From Candidatus Oleincola secundus (GTDB lineage: Bacteria; Atribacterota; Phoenicimicrobiia; Phoenicimicrobiales; Stramentimicrobiaceae): 10,707 nucleotides of DNA. This document shows positions 1-7,773 of this stretch, one piece after another. Position numbers and translations under genes: made by a program. Every line of letters starts with the position of its first letter. Within the stretch, counting starts at the first letter, position 1. The notes under the pieces are model-generated. The model did no database searches. It saw only the letters and a list, made by a program, of their open reading frames with translations, and was not told where the DNA came from. Location of the stretch: NCBI GenBank assembly GCA_018400815.1, contig JAGYLS010000062.1, positions 1 to 10,707 on the forward strand, read 5' to 3'.

Positions 1-28
1 TTCAACCACAGCTCTAAGGAGGGAACCC
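1..28 (-). ncRNA. Putative 5' end of a raiA-motif RNA (truncated by window edge)
   Basis: Directly after the comF stop, the minus strand reads GGGTTCCCTCCTTAGAGCTGTGGTTGAA. TTAG-N3-TGTGGTTGAA matches the 5' segment of raiA-motif RNAs as I recall it (Clostridium ...TTAGGTTTGTGGTTGAAAG...). A position just downstream of comFC is a known context for this RNA. Only 28 nt are visible. Confidence 0.55.
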
Positions 29-781
29 TTATATCCCTCTTGCCAATGTTAAGACAAATATTTTTTTAATTCCGGTTTTTCTCAATTCCTTACAGCAGGC
101 TTCCACGGTTGCCCCTGTAGTAAAGATATCATCAATTAAAAGAATATTATAGATATCCTTTTTAAAGGACGAATTAATAGAAAAAACATTTTTTACATTA
201 TTTTTCCTCTCAATTTTTGATAAACCTACTTGTGAAACATTTTCTTTATTCTTAATTAATAAATCATTGCTAAAAGAAAGAGAAAAATAATTAGCAACAT
301 ATTCAGCCAACAAACTGCTTTGATTAAAGCCTCTCCTCAAAAAATCTCCTTTAAATAAAGGAACAGGAATTATTAAATCAATTTCTTGTATATCATAAAA
401 ATTATCGGCCTTTAAATAATCAATCATTAAATCTCCTAATGGTTGAATTAATTTTACCTGTTTTTTGTATTTAAGTAAATGAATACATTTCCTCATTACA
501 CCCTGATAGTAAGCAACTGACCGGTTAAAATAATGCTTTTCTTTGCTATTACAATCACTGCACATAGCTTTTTCTTCAAAATAGACCATAGGTGACAGGG
601 GTTTCCCGCATTGATAACAATAAGGAGAAGAAATAAGTTTGATTTGTTTCATACAATCATCACAAATGGAATATCCTTTAGATTCTCTAATTGATTTACC
701 ACAATTCTCACAACTGAGAGGATAAATAAGATTAAGAAAACCTTCTTTTAGGTAATCCCAGGCGCTATTTTTGTTAACCAT
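29..781 (-). CDS. comF: ComF/ComFC family protein (double zinc ribbon + phosphoribosyltransferase-like domain)
   Basis: Four CxxC motifs (CENC, CDDC, CYQC, CSDC), LLKY, IIPVPL, RRGFNQS, PRPP-binding-like loop LLIDDIFTTGAT and C-terminal VLTLAR. SD-like AAAGG upstream. Confidence 0.93.
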   Translation of the reverse strand: MVNKNSAWDYLKEGFLNLIYPLSCENCGKSIRESKGYSICDDCMKQIKLISSPYCYQCGKPLSPMVYFEEKAMCSDCNSKEKHYFNRSVAYYQGVMRKCIHLLKYKKQVKLIQPLGDLMIDYLKADNFYDIQEIDLIIPVPLFKGDFLRRGFNQSSLLAEYVANYFSLSFSNDLLIKNKENVSQVGLSKIERKNNVKNVFSINSSFKKDIYNILLIDDIFTTGATVEACCKELRKTGIKKIFVLTLARGI

Positions 782-822
782 GTTTAAACCTTTAAAAAAA
801 CTTTGTCAGAATGAGATGCAAA

Positions 823-2079
823 TTAAGTTCCCTCTTGCCAACTTGCCAGGTATTTTTTTTGTTCAGGCGTAAGTTTGTCAATATTAATTCCCATACTTTG
901 AAGCTTAAGAAAAGCAATCCTTTCATCAATGTCCTGAGGTACTGCATAAACCTTTTTTGAAAGAGAGTTGCTTTCTTTTAGTAGGTATTCTATGGATAAT
1001 GCTTGATTTGCGAAGCTCATATCCATAACACTGGCAGGATGACCTTCTGCGGCAGACAAATTTAATAATCGCCCTTCAGCAAGTAAGTAAATTCTCCTTT
1101 TATTTTTCAGGTTATATAAAACAACATTGTCTCTAACTTCTTCCTTGTTTATGGCTAATTTTTCCAAAGAAGGGATATCAATTTCTACATTAAAATGTCC
1201 TGCGTTGGCCAAAATAGCACCATTCTTCATTAACAAGATATCCTCCCTGTCAATAACATTTTTGTTCCCGGTTAAAGTAATAAATAGATCCCCAACTTTG
1301 GCGGCTTCCCGAATAGGACTCACCTGGAAACCATCCATCACTGCTTCCAATGCCTTTAGGGGATTAATTTCGGTAATAATAACACGGGCTCCCATTCCTT
1401 TAGCTCGACTCGCCACTCCTCTAGCACACCATCCATACCCACAAACGACAACAATTTTACCAGCTAATAAGATATTAGTAGCCCTAAATAGACCATCTAT
1501 TGTACTCTGTCCAGTACCATATCTATTATCAAAAAGATGTTTCGTTAAAGCATCGTTAATGGCAATAATTGGGTACTGTAAAGCACCCTCTTTTTGCATA
1601 CTTCTCAAGCGAATAACACCCGTTGTCGTCTCTTCTGTTCCGCCAACAATATTATCTATTAAATTCTCCCGAGTAGAGTGAATAGTTGAAACCAAATCCG
1701 CACCATCATCCATAGTTATATTAGGTTTTATATCTAATGTTCTTGAAATATGCTGATAATAATCTTTTTTATCTACTCCTCTAATAGCAAATACGGGTAT
1801 TTCAAAATTCCTTACCAGTGATGCAGCTACATCATCCTGAGTACTCAACGGATTTGAAGCACACAGGGCAATCTCAGCGCCACCAAATTTTAGTGCAATC
1901 ATGAGACTAGCAGTCTCGGTAGTTACATGAAGGCAAGCAGCAATTTTTATTTGCTTAAATGGCTTTTCTTGTTCAAAACGTTTTTGGATTTCTTCCAGTA
2001 CCGGCATTTGATTTTGTGCCCATTTTATTCTCTTTATTCCCTTTTCGGCCAAATTAATGTCTTTAACATCATATAGCAT
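823..2079 (-). CDS. ahcY: Adenosylhomocysteinase (SAH hydrolase), short form
   Basis: Motifs CLHVTTETA, SNPLSTQD, MDDGAD, EETTTG, KHLFDNRYGTGQS, GYGWC, NAGHFNVEI, GRLLNLSAAEGHP and MDMSFANQ. SD GGAGG at 2090-2086 abuts the ATG at 2085 but lies 6 nt from the ATG at 2079, so 2079 is the preferred start (418 aa). Confidence 0.97.
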   Translation of the reverse strand: MLYDVKDINLAEKGIKRIKWAQNQMPVLEEIQKRFEQEKPFKQIKIAACLHVTTETASLMIALKFGGAEIALCASNPLSTQDDVAASLVRNFEIPVFAIRGVDKKDYYQHISRTLDIKPNITMDDGADLVSTIHSTRENLIDNIVGGTEETTTGVIRLRSMQKEGALQYPIIAINDALTKHLFDNRYGTGQSTIDGLFRATNILLAGKIVVVCGYGWCARGVASRAKGMGARVIITEINPLKALEAVMDGFQVSPIREAAKVGDLFITLTGNKNVIDREDILLMKNGAILANAGHFNVEIDIPSLEKLAINKEEVRDNVVLYNLKNKRRIYLLAEGRLLNLSAAEGHPASVMDMSFANQALSIEYLLKESNSLSKKVYAVPQDIDERIAFLKLQSMGINIDKLTPEQKKYLASWQEGT

Positions 2080-2117
2080 AATCATCCTCCTACTATTAAG
2101 TCTTTCTTAATTTCTTA

Positions 2118-2756
2118 TTATTGAAGCCATGGATTATTGTGGATTTCCCTCTGAAGTGTAGAGCCTGGTCCATGGCCAGGCAATATCTCACAAGTAGTAT
2201 CAAGAATCATTAGTTTGTCTTTTATAGAGTGCTGTATTTCTGAGAGTGACCCGCCTGGTAAATCAGTCCTGCCAATTCCATTGGCAAATAAGGTATCACC
2301 AGTAAAAATCTTTCTATCTATCTTTAATGAAACACTACCGGGTGAATGACCGGGAGTATGGATAACCAAAATATCTAAAGAGCCTATCCTGATATTCTTG
2401 CCTTCTTCTAAATAATTATCAGCAGGAGGTGATTTGATGGGCATACCAGTATAAAAAGATAGATTTTTTTGGGGATCAGTTAACATAGCTTCATCTAATC
2501 GATGTATATATATTTTTGCCGAGGTCCTAGTCTTTAACATTTTATTTCCAGCAATATGATCTGCGTGTCCATGAGTATTAATAATATATCTCAGGGAAAA
2601 ACCATCCTTTTCCAGTTGAGTTAAAATTATATCATTTTCTTCTGCGGGGTCAATAACTGCTGCTTCTCTAGTCTTATTGCATCCCAACAGGTAGCAATTC
2701 GTTGCTAATTGACCTAAAACTATTTTCTTTAAATAGATAGAACCAGATTGATTCAT
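2118..2756 (-). CDS. MBL-fold metallo-hydrolase (glyoxalase II/YcbL-like)
   Basis: Motifs TNCYL, AVIDP, THGHADH (HxHxDH), HTPGHSPG, FTGDTLF, GRTDLPGG and PGHG. Usual position after rel-dtd. SD AAGGAG upstream. Confidence 0.92.
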   Translation of the reverse strand: MNQSGSIYLKKIVLGQLATNCYLLGCNKTREAAVIDPAEENDIILTQLEKDGFSLRYIINTHGHADHIAGNKMLKTRTSAKIYIHRLDEAMLTDPQKNLSFYTGMPIKSPPADNYLEEGKNIRIGSLDILVIHTPGHSPGSVSLKIDRKIFTGDTLFANGIGRTDLPGGSLSEIQHSIKDKLMILDTTCEILPGHGPGSTLQREIHNNPWLQ

Positions 2757-2779
2757 AATATACTAAACTCCTTTATCTT

Positions 2780-3235
2780 TTAATTATTTTGCAATTCATC
2801 ACTATCTAAAATAAAGGTAACAGGACCATCATTAATAATCTCTACTTGCATAAATGCCTGAAACTGTCCCGTCTGAACTAAAATGTTTTCATTTTTAAGA
2901 TATTGAACAAAATATTGATAAAGAGAAACAGCTTTTTCCGGTAAAGCTGCTTCTATAAAGCTAGGTCTTCTTCCTTTTTTGCAGTTCCCGTAGAGTGTAA
3001 ATTGCGATACTACAATTATCTGTCCATTGATATCCAACAGAGAAAGATTCATCTTATTATCTCTATCAGCAAATATTCTTAAATTAACTGCTTTTTTTGC
3101 CAATAATTCAGCTTCTTTGATAGTATCAGCCTTTTTAATTCCCAATAAAACAAGCATACCTTGATTAATTTGAGATATTTTACGATTGTCAACTTCAACT
3201 GAAGCTTTGCTAACTCTCTGAATAACTGCTCTCAT
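2780..3235 (-). CDS. dtd: D-aminoacyl-tRNA deacylase
   Basis: N-terminus MRAVIQRV, motifs NLRIF, SQFTL, KGRRPSF and NDGPVT (Gly-cisPro). Directly downstream of rel. Confidence 0.97.
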   Translation of the reverse strand: MRAVIQRVSKASVEVDNRKISQINQGMLVLLGIKKADTIKEAELLAKKAVNLRIFADRDNKMNLSLLDINGQIIVVSQFTLYGNCKKGRRPSFIEAALPEKAVSLYQYFVQYLKNENILVQTGQFQAFMQVEIINDGPVTFILDSDELQNN

Positions 3236-3251
3236 TTTATTTCCTTTCTCT

Positions 3252-5408
3252 CTATTCTCCTTCTATTCTTTTTACCTCTTTAATGGCTCTCAAACTTTTT
3301 AAACGAGTAATAATTTCTTTCAAATGATCAAGATTGCTGACTTCTATTGTTAAACTAAGAAAAGCAATACCATTTTTATTCGCTGCACCATTAATATTTT
3401 TAATTGATGCCTTATAATTTGAAAGCACCATTGATACATCTGAAACTAAATTTTTTCGATCAGCAGAAATAATCTTAATTCTTACTGGAAAATAATCATT
3501 TTCTGTTTTATGCCACTCAGCATTAATTAAACGGCCTTCTTCTCCTGAAACATTTTTAAGGTTAGAACAATCTACCCGATGTATTGTAACACCTCTTCCC
3601 CTGGTAATATAGCCGATTATTTCATCCCCGGGGACAGGATGACAACATTGAGCGAACCTAATCAGGATATTGTCTACACCATCAATCTTAACTCCCTTAT
3701 CGATCTTTTTTTCTGTTTCCGGCTCTTCCTTAATCTTTATTTCCTGCTTCTTCTCTTGAGGTAAAATCTTATTGATCAAATGACTGGGATTTAATTTTTT
3801 ATAACCAATTGCTTCAAGCAAAGCATCGAGATCAGTGTAACCCATTGGTTGTGAAATATCCCCAAATTTTTCCTCCAGCTCAGAATTCCATGATATTTTG
3901 TATTTTTCTAATTCACGCAAAAGCAATCCTCTGCCTCTTTCAATATTTTCATTACGTAATTCCCTCTTGAACCATGCTTTTATACGTGTTTTTGCCCCTG
4001 AACTCTTGACAAATTTCAACCAATCTCTAGTTGGTCCATTCGATGTTTTGGAAGTTAGTATCTCAACAATATCTCCGCTTTTTAACTTACGATCAAGTGG
4101 AACAATTTTGTTGTTTACTTTAGCTCCTACACATCTATGGCCTATTTCCGTGTGAATAGCATAAGCAAAGTCCACAGGGCAGGAACCTAAAGGCAGTACT
4201 TTTACATCTCCCTTTGGTGTAAAAGTATAAACCTCATATTGCAATAAATCTATCTTCAGGTTTTCCATAAATTCCATTGGGTCTTTTAATTCTTTTTGCC
4301 ATTCCAGGATCTGTCTTAACCAGGTTAATCTCTCTTCAAATTTCTTGTCTTTTAAGCTGTCTCCTTTTTCTTTGTATTTCCAATGGGCAGCAATTCCATA
4401 CTCAGATGTCCTATGCATTTCTTCAGTCCTTATTTGGACCTCCAGAGGTTCTCCTTCAGAACTTATAACAGTAGTATGCAAAGATTGATACATATTTGAT
4501 TTGGGCATAGCAATATAATCTTTAAATCTTCCTGGCATTGGTTTCCATATGGAATGAAGAAGACCTAAAGCAGCATAACAATCTTTAATTGAATCACAGA
4601 TAATTCTAATTGCCATCAAATCATAAATTTGGAAAAAATCCTTGTCCTGTTGTTGCATTTTCTTGTATATACTATAAATATTTTTTGGTCTACCCTGAAT
4701 AGTTGCTTTAATGCCAAATTTTTTTAACTCTTCAAACATTCTATTCTTGATGGATTCAATGTATTTTTCTCTCTCTGCCCTGCTCTTGGCGACCTTTGCA
4801 GCAAGTTCATTATACTGTTTAGGGGCCAGGTTAAGCAACGAATAATCTTCTAATTCCCATTTAACCCGGTATAATCCCAACCGATTAGCAATAGGCACAT
4901 AAATATCCAATGTTTCCTTTGCTTTTATCAAACGTTTTGGTGCTGGCATAAATTTAAGGGTTCTCATATTGTTAAGCCTATCCGCTAATTTAATAAGGAT
5001 AACTCTAATATCTTCAGCTATGGCTAAAAACATTTTTCGAAAATTTTCTGCTTGTCGCTCTTCCTTTGTTTTAAAAGAAATCTTACTTAACTTTGTTACC
5101 CCGTTTACCAACATTGCAACTTCTTCCCCAAATTGTGTTTTTATTTCATCCAAATCTACATGGGTGTCTTCGACAACATCATGTAGTAAGCCAGCTACAA
5201 TAGTTATTGCATCCATATTTAAATCAGCCAATATGTAAGCCACTTCCAGGGGATGAGATAAATATGGTTGACCTGAATAACGTTTCTGATTATGGTGGGC
5301 ATCTTGAGAAAAAGCATAAGCTCGCCAGATTATTTCAATATTAACCTCTGGATTATAAGATTTTATTTTATCAATTAATGATTCAATTTTGATAGAATTC
5401 TCTATCAT
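3252..5408 (-). CDS. relA: Bifunctional (p)ppGpp synthetase/hydrolase Rel (long RSH)
   Basis: Intact HD hydrolase motifs (HPLEVA, LLHDVVED, KLADR), synthetase motifs RFKDYIAMPK, YQSLHT and EVQIRT, TGS domain (FTPKG, DFAYAIHT), CC/zinc-finger domain (AQCCHPVPGD) and C-terminal ACT domain. The ATG at 5408 follows SD AAAGAGG. The track's GTG at 5414 lies within that SD. Confidence 0.97.
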   Translation of the reverse strand: MIENSIKIESLIDKIKSYNPEVNIEIIWRAYAFSQDAHHNQKRYSGQPYLSHPLEVAYILADLNMDAITIVAGLLHDVVEDTHVDLDEIKTQFGEEVAMLVNGVTKLSKISFKTKEERQAENFRKMFLAIAEDIRVILIKLADRLNNMRTLKFMPAPKRLIKAKETLDIYVPIANRLGLYRVKWELEDYSLLNLAPKQYNELAAKVAKSRAEREKYIESIKNRMFEELKKFGIKATIQGRPKNIYSIYKKMQQQDKDFFQIYDLMAIRIICDSIKDCYAALGLLHSIWKPMPGRFKDYIAMPKSNMYQSLHTTVISSEGEPLEVQIRTEEMHRTSEYGIAAHWKYKEKGDSLKDKKFEERLTWLRQILEWQKELKDPMEFMENLKIDLLQYEVYTFTPKGDVKVLPLGSCPVDFAYAIHTEIGHRCVGAKVNNKIVPLDRKLKSGDIVEILTSKTSNGPTRDWLKFVKSSGAKTRIKAWFKRELRNENIERGRGLLLRELEKYKISWNSELEEKFGDISQPMGYTDLDALLEAIGYKKLNPSHLINKILPQEKKQEIKIKEEPETEKKIDKGVKIDGVDNILIRFAQCCHPVPGDEIIGYITRGRGVTIHRVDCSNLKNVSGEEGRLINAEWHKTENDYFPVRIKIISADRKNLVSDVSMVLSNYKASIKNINGAANKNGIAFLSLTIEVSNLDHLKEIITRLKSLRAIKEVKRIEGE

Positions 5409-5467
5409 GAACACCTCTTTGGTTACGAAGAATTTGGAGGAACAATAATTAGAGATATCTTGCTATT

Positions 5468-5986
5468 TTATCTATTATACTTTACCAGGGAAAATATTTC
5501 ATATCCCTTTAATTTTTCTTTTCCTTTTAACATTTCTAATTCAACAATAAAGTCAGCACCAACAATTTTTCCACCTAATTTTTCTATAAGCTTGAATACT
5601 GCTAATGTAGTACCACCTGTGGCCAGCAAATCATCAATAACCATAATCCGGTCGCCTTCCTGAAAAGAATCCCTATGAATTTCTAAAATATTTTCCCCAT
5701 ATTCCAGCTGGTAGGAAATTCTCTCGACTTCAGCCGGCAATCTGTCTTTTTTCCTAACTAATAAAAATCCTACATTCAAATTATATGCCACCGGTGCTCC
5801 TATAACAAATCCACGGGCTTCAATTCCGGCAACATAGTCAATTTTTAAAGATTTACAATGCTCAGTAATTTGGTCAATGCAATACTTATAGGCATCTTTG
5901 TCCTTTAATAAAGTAGTAATATCTTTAAATTGAATTCCTTTTACCGGAAAATCCGGAATATTTCTTATTTTGCTTTTTAGATCCAT
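5468..5986 (-). CDS. apt: Adenine phosphoribosyltransferase
   Basis: Motifs IPDFPVKGIQFKDITTLL, GIEARGF, LEYG and VIDDLLATGGT. SD GGAGG at 6000-5996 lies inside the recJ 3' end. Confidence 0.97.
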   Translation of the reverse strand: MDLKSKIRNIPDFPVKGIQFKDITTLLKDKDAYKYCIDQITEHCKSLKIDYVAGIEARGFVIGAPVAYNLNVGFLLVRKKDRLPAEVERISYQLEYGENILEIHRDSFQEGDRIMVIDDLLATGGTTLAVFKLIEKLGGKIVGADFIVELEMLKGKEKLKGYEIFSLVKYNR

Positions 5987-5989
5987 TTT

Positions 5990-7699
5990 CTATATCCTCC
6001 TTACAGTGGATTGAATGTCTTTTATCATTAACTGTATAGAATCCTTGCCATTCCAACGGTTTACTCCTAATTGAAACGCAACATTAATAGTGTTATCACT
6101 CATTATATTTAGGCATCTTTCAGCCAGCTGGAAAGCAATCCCATCAAGGTTACTTCCCTTTTTACCCAGACTTAACTTAAGATGTTTTTCTTCTTTTCCT
6201 ACTTTTCTCCAGGAAACAAGAGGAAATTCATATCCCCCAAAGATTGGTTGTGGATTTCCCGGTCCAAACGGCCTTAATTTTTCTATAATATTCAAAAAAC
6301 CCCAATTCATTTTATCAAGGGCAATCAAAGTGTCAATTTTAATAATTGGTTCATTATGCCGGTTAATATTTTTGTTATCCTCTAAAATCTGGTTTAGTTT
6401 TTTTCTAAACAAACCTATTCTATTTTCAGAAATAGTTATACCGGCAGCATACTGATGTCCCCCGTATTTAACCAGTAAATCAGAGCACTCAGATAGGATT
6501 TTTGAAAAGTCAAATTCTCCCTGATTTCGACCTGAGCCTTTACCTATGCCATTGCTGACAGAAATCATTATAACCGGTTGGGCAAACTCTTCCATTATTC
6601 TTGAGGCCACAATGCCAATTACCCCGGGGTGCCAATGACTGGAGCTGAGAACTAATATCTTTTGCTTATCCTTTAAATTTATTTCATATGCCATTTTTTT
6701 GGCTTCTAGCAATACTTTTTGGGTGATTGTTTTTCTTTCTTCATTAAGCTCTAACATTTCATTTACTAAATAATTTGCACGATAAGATGAATCTGTTAAT
6801 AATAAATCAACTGCATGCTTAGGGTTGCCAATTCTCCCTGTTGAGTTTAGAATTGGAATCAAATCAAAACTGATATCACGTACCAATAAAGGATTAGATA
6901 AGTTATCATGATTACTATGTTCTAATAGGCGTATTAATCCTTTTTTCCCACTATTGATAAGTCTGCTAAGGCCGTATTTTACTAGAATCCTATTCTCACC
7001 CAAAAGAGGCACAGAGTCAGCAATAGTGCCCAGTGCTACCAAGTCCAAATGCTGGTATATGGCTTCATTTTCTTTCTCCAGTACAGTAAACAAAGCTTGA
7101 GCTAATTTAAAAGCCACACCCACACCGGCTAAATCTTTAAAAGAATATTCACAGCTTTTTGGATTGATAATACTGTATGCTTCTGGAAGTTTTCCGAGTG
7201 GTTCGTGGTGATCCGTTACAATAGTATCAATATCCATATCACTAAGTTGTTTAATTTCTTGATGTGAAGTAATGCCACAATCAACCGTAATAATTAGTGA
7301 AATATGGTATTTAATAGCAAACTTAATTCCCTCTTGGCTAATTCCATATCCCTCTTCAAAGCGATTTGGGATATAGTAATAAATATTTGAGCTAAAAATA
7401 CTTAATGCCGAAAATAATAGGCTTGTACTGGTTATGCCATCAACATCATAATCCCCATAGATTAATATTTTTTCTTGGTTGTAAAAAGCCTCCTTTATAC
7501 GTTCTACAGTCCTGGTCATATCTTGTAAGGTAAAAGGATTTATTAAATTATCTAATTTGGGATTTAGAAAATCCTCAATATCTTTAGGCTCTTTCAGTCC
7601 CCGGTTAATGAGAAGCTGGGCAATAATGGGATCTAAGCAAAATTGATGTGCTATATCTTTACTTAACTCTTCAATCTCTTTAGCAATAATCCACTTGAT
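5990..7699 (-). CDS. recJ: Single-stranded-DNA-specific exonuclease RecJ (probable ATC start at 7699; first in-frame ATG at 7519)
   Basis: DHH-family motifs GDYDVDG, TVDCG, TDHH and LGTIAD, DHHA1 motif GGHQYAAG, and PFGPGNPQP. The frame stays open upstream of 7519 and encodes a typical RecJ N-terminus (KWII...PIIAQLLINRG...FLNP.LDNL.NPF.L.DM). The gene identity is secure, but the start site is inferred. Confidence 0.93.
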   Translation of the reverse strand: MKWIIAKEIEELSKDIAHQFCLDPIIAQLLINRGLKEPKDIEDFLNPKLDNLINPFTLQDMTRTVERIKEAFYNQEKILIYGDYDVDGITSTSLLFSALSIFSSNIYYYIPNRFEEGYGISQEGIKFAIKYHISLIITVDCGITSHQEIKQLSDMDIDTIVTDHHEPLGKLPEAYSIINPKSCEYSFKDLAGVGVAFKLAQALFTVLEKENEAIYQHLDLVALGTIADSVPLLGENRILVKYGLSRLINSGKKGLIRLLEHSNHDNLSNPLLVRDISFDLIPILNSTGRIGNPKHAVDLLLTDSSYRANYLVNEMLELNEERKTITQKVLLEAKKMAYEINLKDKQKILVLSSSHWHPGVIGIVASRIMEEFAQPVIMISVSNGIGKGSGRNQGEFDFSKILSECSDLLVKYGGHQYAAGITISENRIGLFRKKLNQILEDNKNINRHNEPIIKIDTLIALDKMNWGFLNIIEKLRPFGPGNPQPIFGGYEFPLVSWRKVGKEEKHLKLSLGKKGSNLDGIAFQLAERCLNIMSDNTINVAFQLGVNRWNGKDSIQLMIKDIQSTVRRI

Positions 7700-7773
7700 T
7701 TTATTAAACCTCTTTCTATGCCTTATAGCAATTATGTAGCTGCCAACAAAATAGATTTACACATCAATGTCTT

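Noticed and set aside
28..57. TTGTCT-18-TATAAG inside the comF 3' end as a promoter for the candidate ncRNA
   Set aside because: The -10 element lacks the conserved last T, and such matches are frequent in AT-rich DNA. Not supportable without TSS data.
1127..1681. 184-aa plus-strand ORF
   Set aside because: Entirely antisense to the conserved core of ahcY, with no recognisable motif. A typical shadow ORF.
2118..2756. MBL-fold protein as a beta-lactamase or defence nuclease
   Set aside because: No signal peptide, glyoxalase II-like motifs, and a standard housekeeping position after rel-dtd.
3579..5238. Four short plus-strand ORFs (3579-3764, 3898-4155, 4277-4468, 4969-5238)
   Set aside because: All antisense within rel, with Ser/Phe/Leu/Ile-rich composition expected from reverse-complemented codons.
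5436..5663. Plus-strand GGAGG at 5436-5440 and the 67-aa ORF 5460-5663; also CCTCC as an anti-SD for rel
   Set aside because: The SD-to-start spacing of 19 nt is too long and the ORF is antisense to apt. Anti-SD pairing with the rel SD would be only about 4 bp.
6090..6455. 121-aa plus-strand ORF
   Set aside because: Antisense shadow of recJ.
5990..7519. recJ as an N-terminally truncated gene or pseudogene
   Set aside because: The missing N-terminal region is present in frame with no stop or frameshift, and all catalytic motifs are intact.
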